From Candidatus Thorarchaeota archaeon (GTDB lineage: Archaea; Asgardarchaeota; Thorarchaeia; Thorarchaeales; Thorarchaeaceae), in contig CAVSBO010000016.1 of assembly GCA_963726195.1 (NCBI GenBank), forward strand, positions 192,001 through 256,000: a stretch of DNA of 64,000 nucleotides. The letters run 5' to 3'. The notes beneath the pieces are model-generated. The model was not told the origin of the DNA and did not search any database. It saw nothing but the letters and a program-made list of their open reading frames with translations. How positions within the stretch are numbered: the first letter of the stretch is position 1; each line of letters starts with the position of its first letter. The translations under genes were made by a program, and so were the position numbers. Shown piece by piece: positions 10,207 through 24,334 of this stretch.

Positions 10207-10381
10207 GCCGGGGTTTCCTAGACCGGTCGGGGCGCCTTTTTTGACGCCACGGGGCGCTATGGAGCCAGCCTGCTAACATTTGAGCATTATGTGTGCTTGC
10301 AGATAGTTGGTGTCGAAAGACTCGAGGGTTCAAAGGGTCTCACGGTTTTCGTGAGGCCGGAAAGTCCCTCCCCCGGCGCCA
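10207..10381 (+). tRNA. tRNA-Ser(GCT) with three introns (~10227-10257 D-loop; 10276-10304 at 37/38; 10335-10364 at 59/60)
   Basis: Acceptor GCCGGGG/CCCCGGC-G-CCA, anticodon arm CCAGC-CTGCTAA-GTTGG, variable arm, T-arm GAGGG-TTCAAAT-CCCTC after intron removal; BHB-like junctions. Confidence 0.88.
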
Positions 10382-10445
10382 CTTCTTTTCCATTACGCGA
10401 GCAAGCGACTAACACTGAAGCCTGTAGTCATAATCCTAGGCTAAT

Positions 10446-10847
10446 TCATCCTACGAACAATCGAGTCCTGCAGCTCGGGCAAAGCACGACCTCATCCTCG
10501 ACCGGCGTCGCATTCGTGATTTCAAATGAGAACCCGCACTGCGGGCATCGGAGCGTGTCCAGACCGGCCACGTGCTCGGCCGGAAGTGCATGGCGTGTCA
10601 TCGAGTCGAATATCCTCCTCTCGCTGCTCTCGTCGACGGGAGAGATGGGGCGGCCCTGTGCCCAGCGAAATGCTGCAAACAGCATAAGAAGAACCATCGG
10701 CACAATCAGAAACGTTGAGAGCAGACCGGAATCGGAAGTGGAGTAGAGCAGAGTGCCGTAGGTTATAAGAATCGCGAGAATGGCAAGGACAGAGAAGACA
10801 ATCCAACGGCCAGTGTTGCTGCTTTGAGAGGATTCTGGTGCCATCAT
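10446..10847 (-). CDS. Small membrane protein with two TM helices and a C-terminal Zn-ribbon
   Basis: Two hydrophobic segments; CPQC...CPSC. Confidence 0.65.
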   Translation of the reverse strand: MMAPESSQSSNTGRWIVFSVLAILAILITYGTLLYSTSDSGLLSTFLIVPMVLLMLFAAFRWAQGRPISPVDESSERRIFDSMTRHALPAEHVAGLDTLRCPQCGFSFEITNATPVEDEVVLCPSCRTRLFVG

Positions 10848-10938
10848 AGCGATTCGTTCACTGCGAAGTTGGATCATGATAATCAGTCTTGCGTCTGAGG
10901 CTATTCGTGCTGTGGTCTAGACTAGTAAAGGCGAACGC

Positions 10939-10977
10939 AAAAAGAGAGAAAAGAACGCGGGCCGTGCGGCCCGGTTC
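10939..10977 (-). terminator. Hairpin plus T-tract after tuf
   Basis: Minus strand GAACCGGGCCG-CA-CGGCCCGCGTTC followed by TTTTCTCTCTTTTT. Confidence 0.55.
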
Positions 10978-10994
10978 AATCGACTGTTGTTCGA

Positions 10995-12431
10995 CTACTT
11001 GACAGTGCTCATGTCTCTTGGGGTGACATCAAGAACGATTCCGACAGCCACCGTGATGCCCATGTCACGCACTGCGAATCTTCCCAGCTGCGGGATGTCT
11101 TTGTACTTCTCGATTGCTAGGGGCTTGAGTGGAACGAGTTTAGCAATCATGCTCTCACCCCTCTTCACGAACTCGGGGTTCTCCTGAATGACCTGGTTTG
11201 TACGCTGGTCGATTTTCTTCGTGATCTCGTCGAATCTGCAGGCTACTTGGGCCGTGTGAGCGTGCACGACGGGAGTGTAACCCACTGTGATTGCCGTCGG
11301 ATGCTGGATGACCATCACCTGGCCTTGGAAGTCCTGTGCGACAGTAGGTGGTTTCTCAGCTGGTCCAGCAACATCTCCTCGGGTCAAATCCTTCCTTTCG
11401 ATGCCTCGGACGTTGAATCCTATGTTATCACCTGGCACTGCCTGTGTGAGCTGCTCGTGGTGCATCTCAATCGTCTTCACCTCACCGGTCTTGTTGGCGG
11501 GCATGAAGCTGATCTTTTGCCCCGGCTTCATAACTCCGGTCTCGACACGACCAACCGGCACAGTGCCAACTCCCTTAATCGAATAGACGTCGTTGATTGG
11601 CACTCTCAACGGCTTGTCTAATGGCTTTGGTGGAAGTGTGACGGCGTCCAGAGCCTCAAGCAAGCATGGCCCAGTGTACCATGGGGTCTTGGCCGGAGTC
11701 TTCGTCTTCAGATTGACAGCCTCAAGTGCGGATGTTGGAATGAATGGGATCTGATCGACCTTGTAGCCAATGCTCTTAAGGAAGTCAGCGAGTTCTTCCT
11801 TAACTTCCTTGTATCGAGCTTCACTGTACTTGACTTCATCCATTTTGTTGATGCAGACAATAAGAGTCGGAACGCCCAGAGTCATCGCAAGGTATGCATG
11901 CTCCTTTGTCTGACCGCCTACACCAACGCCTGCCTCGAACTCACCGGTCTTAGCAGACACGACTAGCATCGCGACATCGGCTTGCGACGCGCCTGTAATC
12001 ATGTTCTTGACGAAGTCCCTGTGGCCCGGTGCGTCAATGACTGTGTAGTAGTACTTTGGTGTCATGAACTTGAAGAACGCGATATCGATTGTGATGCCAC
12101 GCTCTCGCTCTTCTTTCAGACGGTCCAGTGCAAAGGCCCATGCCTGCTCAGGACGACCGAGTCGTTCTGCTTCGGCCCTGTTGGCTGCGACTGTCCTCTC
12201 GTCAAGGGCACCGGCCTCGTAGAGAAGTCGCCCCGTGAGAGTGCTCTTCCCGTGATCTATGTGTCCAATCACAACGAGGTTGAGGTGCTCCTTTCCCTTT
12301 TCTTTACCCGCTGCAGGAGCGGCCGCCGGTGCGGGTGCTGCTCCAGCCTTTGGCTTTTCAGCTGCAGGCTTCGGCTTTTCAGCTGCAGGCTTTGCCTTTT
12401 CTGCTGCGGGCTTTGTTTCTTTCTTACTCAA
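10995..12431 (-). CDS. tuf: Elongation factor 1-alpha with a Lys/Pro/Ala-rich N-terminal extension
   Basis: 'GHIDHGKST', 'ERERGITID', '[20 protein letters not shown]', 'NKMD', 'LGRFAVRDM'. Confidence 0.98.
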   Translation of the reverse strand: MSKKETKPAAEKAKPAAEKPKPAAEKPKAGAAPAPAAAPAAGKEKGKEHLNLVVIGHIDHGKSTLTGRLLYEAGALDERTVAANRAEAERLGRPEQAWAFALDRLKEERERGITIDIAFFKFMTPKYYYTVIDAPGHRDFVKNMITGASQADVAMLVVSAKTGEFEAGVGVGGQTKEHAYLAMTLGVPTLIVCINKMDEVKYSEARYKEVKEELADFLKSIGYKVDQIPFIPTSALEAVNLKTKTPAKTPWYTGPCLLEALDAVTLPPKPLDKPLRVPINDVYSIKGVGTVPVGRVETGVMKPGQKISFMPANKTGEVKTIEMHHEQLTQAVPGDNIGFNVRGIERKDLTRGDVAGPAEKPPTVAQDFQGQVMVIQHPTAITVGYTPVVHAHTAQVACRFDEITKKIDQRTNQVIQENPEFVKRGESMIAKLVPLKPLAIEKYKDIPQLGRFAVRDMGITVAVGIVLDVTPRDMSTVK

Positions 12432-12510
12432 TGTGCTGACCTCAACTCAGACTAGGTTAAACTGAGCGCGAAAGGGCGGGTGTGTCTTTAAACCTTACGG
12501 AATCAATCAC

Positions 12511-13692
12511 TGACATACTCCTATGACCTAAGTCAAGGGGTTCTAGCGTCGGTTGCATTCATGACCGTTGCGCCTCTGGGGGTGCCAGTGCTCCCCTCCT
12601 CTGCATCCCTTTCTGCAAAGGATTGACTCACGCCCGATGATGCCTCTGCAATATTGAATGCCGCATTGGCATCGGCATGGTCAACGTGCCCGCAAACGGG
12701 ACACCTAAACTCCTTCTTGTTCCTGTCACCAATCGAGCCACACATGCTGCAAGTCTTGGACGTATATGCAGGATTGACGTATTCGACCTCTACTCCGAGC
12801 AGCCCGGCCTTGTATTCTATCATCTTTCTCAACTGATAGAACGACCAGCTGTGCAGGGAGTATCTGAACGTTCGAGTCGTTCTTGCGGTACCTCTGATAC
12901 CGCTCAGGTCTTCTAGTCGTATCCCACATCTGTGTTCGACAGCCGTATCCACGATCTTTCGGCTCATCTGGTGGTTGAGTTCTCTGACAATCATCGATTC
13001 CCTGTTCTTTATTCTCTTCAGTTTCCGGTGCTTTCCCATCCGTTGAAGTCTTCTTCTCATCTCCTTGTACTTCTTGTGAATATGATATGCCTTCCTTCCG
13101 AGTTTCAGGACCTTTCCTGTGGCAGGAATTGCGGCCACCATCGCATGGCCCGTTGCATTCAGATCGATACCGATGTATCCGTCCGGAGGGAATGGCTCTG
13201 CTTCCTTTACAGTCACGGAGACATACAGGTGTCTCCTGTCAACCTCTATCTGGTTGATCTTAGCAAAATCGCACCTGAACCCGTACGCGAACTGCACTCT
13301 TAGAGAAGGAATCCTTATTGTTCTCTTCTCGCGATTGCACTGTATGCCTTGGGACGGAATCGTTAGCTTGACAGAACGTACTTTCTTGGTCCGCCTGTTT
13401 CGTCCGTACTTCCTGAGTACCTGGTTCGCTATCACCGAGTTCAGGCCAATGTGTTTCACGATGGGAGTCGTTAATTGAACAGGCGAATTTACTGCAATCT
13501 CTGCAATTGCTTTCGCCTTTCTCAGCTCTTCGGAGAAGTCGTGGTCGTGCCGAAGCTTGTACGTCAGTATCACTGATTCTTCTCCTCCCTGATGTACTTC
13601 TTAATGCATACTATACGAATATACGCTCCTTCTGTACATCGACTGGGTGTATGGATTCATCCCACGGCTCAAGTCGTGGGCGTTCTCTCACT
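12511..13692 (-). mobile_element. IS200/IS605-family (IS1341-like, tnpB only) element
   Basis: Subterminal hairpins CCCACGGC-TCAA-GTCGTGGG (~13660-13680) and AGAACCCCTTGACTTAGGTCATAGGAGTATGTCA (~12511-12544) flank tnpB; no tnpA. Confidence 0.8.
12533..13573 (-). CDS. tnpB: TnpB RNA-guided nuclease, canonical RuvC
   Basis: GIDLN (RuvC-I), RLEDL (RuvC-II), CSMC/CPVC Zn finger, HADANAA (RuvC-III). Confidence 0.92.
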   Translation of the reverse strand: MILTYKLRHDHDFSEELRKAKAIAEIAVNSPVQLTTPIVKHIGLNSVIANQVLRKYGRNRRTKKVRSVKLTIPSQGIQCNREKRTIRIPSLRVQFAYGFRCDFAKINQIEVDRRHLYVSVTVKEAEPFPPDGYIGIDLNATGHAMVAAIPATGKVLKLGRKAYHIHKKYKEMRRRLQRMGKHRKLKRIKNRESMIVRELNHQMSRKIVDTAVEHRCGIRLEDLSGIRGTARTTRTFRYSLHSWSFYQLRKMIEYKAGLLGVEVEYVNPAYTSKTCSMCGSIGDRNKKEFRCPVCGHVDHADANAAFNIAEASSGVSQSFAERDAEEGSTGTPRGATVMNATDARTP

Positions 13693-13696
13693 TCAA

Positions 13697-14203
13697 TCAG
13701 TAGTCGAATTCGTACTCGCCAACTTGGACCTTGGTTGTTAGTCTCTCGCCTTTTCTGGGTCTGCGAATCTCGACCAGATTGAGCACATTGTAGCCCCGCT
13801 TTCGAAGGAACGGGATGATAGCGCTGTTGTTCGGATTAATCCAGTTGTAAACCGTGTCTCCACCCAAGGACTCCGCTAGACGTTCTGCCTCGGAGCACAA
13901 TAGCGAGCCTATCCCTCTCCATCGAGCACGCGGAGGCACGTAGAGTGACTCGGCCCATACTACGTCCTCATCCACCCGACAGACCATATGGCCAAGTACC
14001 TTGTTCTTGTCGTCCTCTGCAACGAAAATCGGGAATCCCTTATCCAGATACTCGTGCAGTTCTTGTCTTGCTGAATCATTGTTGGGAAGAACACCCGACT
14101 GCTTTAGAGCATTCAGTGCTAGTCTGAATTCCGCAATGAGCTGAACGACCTGATGCTCATCGTTTAACTCGTACTTCCTGACTCTCGCTGTCTGTGTCGT
14201 CAA
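13697..14203 (-). CDS. GNAT-family N-acetyltransferase
   Basis: 'SLYVPPRARWRGIGSLL', 'NNSAIIPFLRKRGY'. Confidence 0.85.
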   Translation of the reverse strand: MTTQTARVRKYELNDEHQVVQLIAEFRLALNALKQSGVLPNNDSARQELHEYLDKGFPIFVAEDDKNKVLGHMVCRVDEDVVWAESLYVPPRARWRGIGSLLCSEAERLAESLGGDTVYNWINPNNSAIIPFLRKRGYNVLNLVEIRRPRKGERLTTKVQVGEYEFDY

Positions 14204-14341
14204 CTAACGAAACGCCTCCCTTGAGACAGAACTTGCACTTTCCTGGATTGCAGGTGCAGAGCCCTGAAGAAGCTTGCAGTCCTGATGGGAAATATGCTGA
14301 CAGGAGTTGTCACATACCAGGAGATTGATGACCAGTCTCCT

Positions 14342-15019
14342 CTACCTTGCGGATCGTGCTATTCTCTCGCGCTCTTCCTTCCTTGAAATGGCGAAGCTTC
14401 CAGCATCACCCTTGTACGCGAGCAGAATCTCGTCAACCAAACACTCTTCGAGTGACTTCGCGCTCTTGTGTGATGACCTGACGGCCCCGACGACAAGATG
14501 CCTCAGCGCGAGGTCCACCCTTCTTTGCGGACCAATGTCTACGGAACGTGGATAGGCCATGCCACCATAGGAGATACGTGTGGTCTCTTCAGAAGGAGCC
14601 GCGTTCTCTATCGCAGTCACGAGCACCTGTATCGGATTCATTCCGGTCCTGAAGTCAATCATTTCAAACACACGACGAACGAAACCGATCGCTCTGACCT
14701 TCTTGCCAGCGTTCTTGCCAGTCCGCGTCTTCTTCTCGTGTCGGTCCCCTGCATTGAGAACCTTGTTGACGAACCTTTCAACAATAGGTACGGTAGACTT
14801 GTGGAATCGCTTGCCTGCATGTCTGCCTGATGTGTGCGGTATCAGTATCGGTTTCAGGGTTATGTACCTCTGAAGACCAACGTCCTTGACTTGGACTTCT
14901 GTGGAATCCCATCTGCCAAAGAGCAACAATCTGGGGGGAGCACGAGGGACAGGAACCTCAGCTGGAGCCTCGGGTGCTGGTCCTTGTTCTGTGTTCTCTT
15001 CTTCTGTCACCGGTACCAC
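14342..15019 (-). CDS. rps7: 30S ribosomal protein uS7
   Basis: 'PIVERFVN', 'NPIQVLV.AIENAAP', 'ERERIARSAR'. Confidence 0.97.
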   Translation of the reverse strand: MVPVTEEENTEQGPAPEAPAEVPVPRAPPRLLLFGRWDSTEVQVKDVGLQRYITLKPILIPHTSGRHAGKRFHKSTVPIVERFVNKVLNAGDRHEKKTRTGKNAGKKVRAIGFVRRVFEMIDFRTGMNPIQVLVTAIENAAPSEETTRISYGGMAYPRSVDIGPQRRVDLALRHLVVGAVRSSHKSAKSLEECLVDEILLAYKGDAGSFAISRKEERERIARSAR

Positions 15020-15463
15020 CTAGCGTATTGGCTTCTCCACTCTACCATAGATGAGTGACTCAAGACAGACCCCATTGACCTTGACGACACGCCACCGCAC
15101 TCCAGGCAGGTCTCCGAAGGCCCCACCCATAGCACCACCTATGCCCTCGACAATGACTGCATCGTGCTCGTCAATGAACTTCAGCCCACCGTCACCAGGT
15201 ATGAATGCCGTGATCTGCTTTCCATTCTTGGAAAGCTGAACTCTCACTGCCTTCCTTATACCTGAGTTAGGTTGCTTGCATTCAACGCCGACCTTCTCAA
15301 GGACTATGCCACGAGCCTGAGGAGCACCTTCCAAGGGATCGGTTTTCTCCTTCAGTTTCAGCACCATGGACTTGTACGTGGATTTCTTCCACTGGAACCG
15401 CTTTCGCCTGGCCTTGAGAGGCCTAGCGGCGAACTCACCGAGTGGGGATTTGGAGTGAGTCAA
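15020..15463 (-). CDS. rps12: 30S ribosomal protein uS12
   Basis: '[15 protein letters not shown]', 'GDLPGVRW'. Confidence 0.97.
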   Translation of the reverse strand: MTHSKSPLGEFAARPLKARRKRFQWKKSTYKSMVLKLKEKTDPLEGAPQARGIVLEKVGVECKQPNSGIRKAVRVQLSKNGKQITAFIPGDGGLKFIDEHDAVIVEGIGGAMGGAFGDLPGVRWRVVKVNGVCLESLIYGRVEKPIR

Positions 15464-15602
15464 GTTCTCTACCTCTTACCATCAGGAAGATGACACAGAT
15501 GGTCCATCCTGAGGGAATTCAGGCCATCGGCCGAGTGTTTCCTTAAAAGCGTATCTCAAGGACAGCAGTGAATGCACATCCAAGTCTCGATACGTGAAAG
15601 GC

Positions 15603-16037
15603 TCAGGCTATCACAACGTTGTCTACGTCGAAGTGTCGTCTGACTAGTATCCTTGCGCGAGCCACATTCTTGCCGTCTCGACCTATGGCTATTCCTCTAT
15701 CCTCTGCCTTGACGGTCACACTCGCGACGAGGCTTCCATCCCTGTGCTCTACTATCTTCACATGTTCAACCCGAGCGGGAGCAAGAGCGCTCTTCACAAA
15801 ATCCTCCGCGGAGTCTGCCATCTCAACAACATCAATAGGCCGGCCAAAAGCATCCGCCGCCGTCTTGACCCTGATTCCGTCGCGACCAATTGCTTTGCCG
15901 AGCTGTTTCGCGCGCACTACGAAAATCAGGCGTTCACTCTCATCATCGCGGACAACGTCTACGGCAGAAACGCCAGTGATGCTCTCAAATGTGGCTATGA
16001 GACCCATGTCATCCATTGAGAGTTTGAACCGGGGCAA
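15603..16037 (-). CDS. nusA: Archaeal NusA
   Basis: Two KH motifs 'GKAIGRDG' and 'GIAIGRDGKN'. Confidence 0.93.
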   Translation of the reverse strand: MPRFKLSMDDMGLIATFESITGVSAVDVVRDDESERLIFVVRAKQLGKAIGRDGIRVKTAADAFGRPIDVVEMADSAEDFVKSALAPARVEHVKIVEHRDGSLVASVTVKAEDRGIAIGRDGKNVARARILVRRHFDVDNVVIA

Positions 16038-16048
16038 GAAATCTCTCC

Positions 16049-16342
16049 TCATACCAGTTTCAGGATGTTGGAGTCGCCGGGTTTAATCACAGCGATGGCT
16101 GAGACCATGAAAGGCTTTCCAGCAACCTCACCGAGATCCCAAGATGATCCTTCGAACTTGTGTATCTTGGTTCCGGTTAACTTAGCAAAATGCACGATAT
16201 CTTCGTAATCTTCCTTTGGGCAGTTGGCAGCTACCACGACGAGTTTTGCAATACCTGTCCGGATAGCGTTCATGGATGACTTTGCACCTATTCTGCAGTC
16301 ACCCGTGCTAACTGCACTTGCGATTGGCTGATTCAGGCTCAA
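16049..16342 (-). CDS. rpl30e: 50S ribosomal protein eL30
   Basis: 'AKLVVVAANCP', 'DLGEVAGKPF'. Confidence 0.95.
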   Translation of the reverse strand: MSLNQPIASAVSTGDCRIGAKSSMNAIRTGIAKLVVVAANCPKEDYEDIVHFAKLTGTKIHKFEGSSWDLGEVAGKPFMVSAIAVIKPGDSNILKLV

Positions 16343-16448
16343 TCTTGACGACCTCGTTGAATGTCATGTTGTTTGTGTTTGAGTCTTCCCAGACTATTTG
16401 TGCCATGCGCCCATCAGTTTTAATGCTTATCCCATAGGTTATGCCGGA

Positions 16449-20308
<3,860 letters not shown>

Positions 20309-20309
20309 T

Positions 20310-23300
20310 TCATATCATCTCCTTCAGTCGAAGTCTGCAGGCCAGGCCCAGAGACATCATTTCTTGTAGGAGGAGCTTGAACGCGTATGACACGACAACG
20401 GTGCTGATTTTCGCATTAGCGCCGCAAATCGGACAGTAGTAGATATCCTTGTTACGGTCATAAACACCAATCAGTCCACAGTTCTCGCAAACAAGCATGT
20501 TGCTCTTGTCGGATTCATCAAGCAGTCTGCCCTTGAGTAACATTGCTGCCCCGTGACCAATGAGCACATCCCGCTCCATTTCACCGAATCTCAGGCCACC
20601 CTCACGCGCTCTGCCCTCCGTTGGCTGTCGGGTAAGAATCTGCACAGGGCCGCGTGCACGCGCGTGTATCTTGTCAGCCACCATGTGATGCAGCTTCTGA
20701 TACATGATGCAGCCTATGAAAATGTCAGTCTTGAGCTTCTCACCCGTGATGCCTGAATACATGATCTCACGGCCGTTGTGTTTGAGACCGTGACTCTTGA
20801 GAATCTCAAACAGTTCCTCTTCCGTGACTCCACAGAAGGGAGTGGCATCCTGTTGCCGACCAACCATCGACGCGGCCTTCCCGGCAATCATCTCAAGAAT
20901 CTGACCGATTGTCATCCTACTGGGTATGGCATGCGGATTGATTACCAGGTCCGGAACAACTCCGTCCTCGGTGAAAGGTAGGTCCTGTTGGGGAGCAACG
21001 TAGCCAATGACACCTTTCTGCCCGTGACGCGATGCGTACTTGTCACCAAGTTCTGGAATCCTGAGGTCTCTGACCTTGACTTTCACTAGGCGGTTGCCAT
21101 CGATTGTTTCTGTCAATATCACACTGTCTACTACGCCCGACTCACCGTGACGGACTGCCACGGAAGTCTCACGCCTATTGGGTGACTGAATTTCGAACTC
21201 CGAGTACTCCTCAAGGAATCGCGGAGGAGAAGTGCGTCCGATGAGTACGTCTCCGCCCTGTACCTCGACCTCGGTCTCTATTATGCCATCCTCACCCAGA
21301 TTGCGGTAGGACTCGGATGCTCTGTAACCACGGACGCTTCTGTCAGGAACCTCGAACTTGTCTTCTTGCCCACCAGGGTACTTGCGTTCCTCGCTCTCAT
21401 ATACTCGCATGAAAGTGCTTCGACCCAGTCCTCTCTCGATTGACGCCTTGTTCATAATCAACGCGTCTTCTATGTTGTAACCCTCAAAAGATAGAATCGC
21501 AACGACGAAGTTCTGCCCTGCAGGACGGTCCTCATATCCTATGGAATCCATTGCGCGCGTCTTAACTAGGGGCTTCTGTGGGTAATGGAAGAAATGTCCG
21601 CGCGTGTCAGCTCTGAACTTGAAATTCGAAGAGGGCACACCCACGGATTGCTTTGCCATTCCGGCCATGTAGACATTACGTGGCGATTGGTTCCGCTCCG
21701 GAAAAGGAATGAGCGCGGCAGAGATGCCGAGTATCGTTGATGGGGCAATCTCAAGATGTGTGGTGTGGGTGCCGATCTCGCCAGCATACATGGCTATGAG
21801 GGTATTCTCTTCTTCTTCGGCGTCGAGGAACTCCACGAGACCGTTCCTCAGAAGGTCGACAAAGGTCCATTCACCATCTTTGATCATGCGAAGATGCTCG
21901 TCGGTCAATCGGCTCCGACCGTTTTCCGCCACGATTAGCGGACGCCTGACTCTTCCTGCGTCACTGTTCGCCTGAACTTCGCGAGTATCCTCATAATAAG
22001 CGATATTCACTTCGTGGTCAATCTCACCTGCACGACGCTTCTGACGTATGGTCTTCACTAACACTTGAGGCGCGGCGTGAATACCGACCAGCCGTCCATT
22101 TAGAAAGACGTCTGCGCCCTTTGTTCCACGCTTTCCCTTCAGGCGCTCAATTGGCTCGACTTCGGCCTTCAGCAAAGCCCGTTCAACAGACTCCTCGTCC
22201 GTTCCCACGGAGATGTATGCCATCATGGCGATGTTCTTGACCAGACCACAGTTCGGTCCCTCGGGAGTCTCGTTTGGACATATCTTGCCCCAGTGTGTAC
22301 AGTGAAGGTCTCGTGCTTCAAAGTGCGGCTGCGATCGTGAAAGAGGTGAAACAACTCTCCTGAGATGGGACAAGGAGGAAATGTAGTTGGTACGGTCGAG
22401 CAACTGCGATACTCCAGCCTTTCCGCCGACCCAGTTTCCAGTTGCAAGGGCATGCTTGAGTCTCTGAGTTATGACATCAGCCCTGACAGCAGTGCGAATG
22501 TTGGGCTTTCGGCCACGCACCGCGGTTCGCTCGAGCTGATACTTGATATCGCGCGTGAGAGAGTAGAGTGCCACTCTGAAGAGTGACATGAGAAGGTCTC
22601 CAGATAGCTTAAGTCTCTTGTTTGCGTAATGGTCCTTGTCATCTGCCTGGCGCTTGTACAGCACGAGCTCCAACAAACGCTCAACCATCTGCCCGAGATA
22701 GTATGCTTTCTGGAGTCTATGCTTTTCTTCAGTCCCGATATGGGGCAGTAGATATCTGTCCAATACCTTCTCGGCTCTAGCCAGACGATACTCTTTGGTC
22801 TGTCCAACCGCCACTCGTTTACCAATGAAGTCCAGTGCGTTAATCCGTGTAGATGTTTCACCTTCGTTCTGTGTAGCGTTTATCGGGGCGGACTGCTCTA
22901 TCGTGACTATGAGTTCGTTGCGGATTTCCTCGTCGTCAGAGACCACATCAGTCTATTTCCCTGTCCGACTCCAAGCCTAGCGCTTTCAGAAGTATTGCGA
23001 GGGGAATCTTGCCTGGTACCGAAGGAAACGAAACGCGTAGCTCGCCCGTACGCTTTCTCTCGATTGTGACTGGAGCTCTGAACCCACGGGAGGTTGAGAA
23101 TACCTTTGCTATGTGGGTATAGCTCGAGCTCTTGCTGGCTTCCTCGATGAGAATTCGGTTGGGGGCCAAGTCTTCCTGCGTAACTAGGACACGCTCAGAG
23201 CCATTGATAATGAAGTATCCACCAGGGTCCTTGGGATCTTCGCCGTGGAGAATGAGCCATCCATCATAACTCGTGTCAACTGTTTTGCCTGCTTCACGTT

Positions 23301-23734
23301 GTCTCTTTAGCCAGTCGTCATAGTTTGACCGGTGTAGCAGACAACTCTCGCTGCGCAACATGATAGGCAAATCGCCTATGTAAATCCTGAGAGTTTCCAT
23401 CCGTGTCGTGACGGACCCTTCTTTCCGAACAGGTGTGCATTCCAGGTACATCTTGCTGGCATAAGTCAGGTTTCTGATTCTTGCCTCGTTCGGATAGAGC
23501 GGGTGCTCACTGCCGTCAGCCTCTCTGACTGTTGGCCGCTCCACAGTAATAGCACCGAGGTCAACGAAATAGTCCTCGACCTTGGGACTCAGCCTGCCGA
23601 CGCTCTCAACAATCTCCTGTCAGCTCTTCACGTACGAATCTGTTGAATGAATCGAGATGCTGACCCACGAGCCCAAACTCAGAAAAGAAGGCCTCTATCA
23701 CTGGCCAGTACTTGTCTTTTTCTTCCGCGGCCAA
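20310..23734 (-). CDS. rpoB: RNA polymerase subunit B (Rpo2), single chain, indels near 22950 and 23605
   Basis: Fragments 'QHLDSFNRF', 'GGYFIINGSERV', 'GDKYASRHGQKG' and 'GGLRFGEMERD' are collinear across three frames. Confidence 0.96.
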
Positions 23735-23800
23735 CTTATTACCACACCTTGACATAGGATTCGGGGCAACCACTGTCAGCGTATGCGCTTCCCAATGCAT

Positions 23801-23892
23801 GAACTCAGAAAAACCGAGTTTGCCGTTGCGGTAGTCGCCCCGTGTTTTTTCTTGACTCAGCAGTTGTCAGCTGCCCACTTCTCATCATGCCC
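23801..23892 (-). ncRNA. Candidate box C/D sRNA directly 3' of tRNA-Lys
   Basis: Minus strand GGGC-ATGATGA(C)-GAAGTGGGCAG-CTGA(D')-CAA-CTGCTGA(C')-~48 nt with hairpin-CTGA(D)-GTTC. Confidence 0.65.
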
Positions 23893-23893
23893 G

Positions 23894-23999
23894 TGGCGGG
23901 CTAGGCGGGATTTTCAAGCGCCACGGAATGTCTGCGCCGTTCGAACCCGCGAGCTTCAGGTTAAAAGCCTGCCGCGCTACCTGGCTGCGCTACTAGCCC
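23894..23999 (-). tRNA. tRNA-Lys(TTT) with T-loop intron (23911-23939, position 59/60)
   Basis: GGGCTAG/CTAGCCC-G-CCA, anticodon loop CTTTTAA, BHB TTCG-AAC...TGAA-AAT. Confidence 0.88.
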
Positions 24000-24334
24000 A
24001 TGTTGGTGTCTGTGCGCCAGATGGAACATGCTCTGCATGAAGTCTTCATGCCGGACATGATGCGCACCGAGCAACACACACGGTCATGCATTAGTGGGAA
24101 GCTGCTCTGCCTGAGCCTTCGAATCGGACTTCTGAGGCCATAAAAGCGTTTTGATAAAACACAGAATTGCCCTGCAGTGTTGTGATGATTGCCTCATCGA
24201 GCACTATGTTTCAGTAGATCTTGAACGTATCTGTATGCCTCTCTTTGAAGTCGGTCCTGTTGGGGCCTTACCTTCGCACCGCATGACCGATTAGTTGGGA
24301 CATCTCCGAAGAGATATTCATTGGCGCCGATGTG

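Noticed and set aside
10124-10273. 5S rRNA suggested by a 13-bp inverted repeat enclosing ~125 nt
   Set aside because: Lacks the 5S conserved loops, and the right arm is part of tRNA-Ser.
20310-23734. Split rpoB (B''/B')
   Set aside because: The breaks are not at the natural split site and are single-base shifts.
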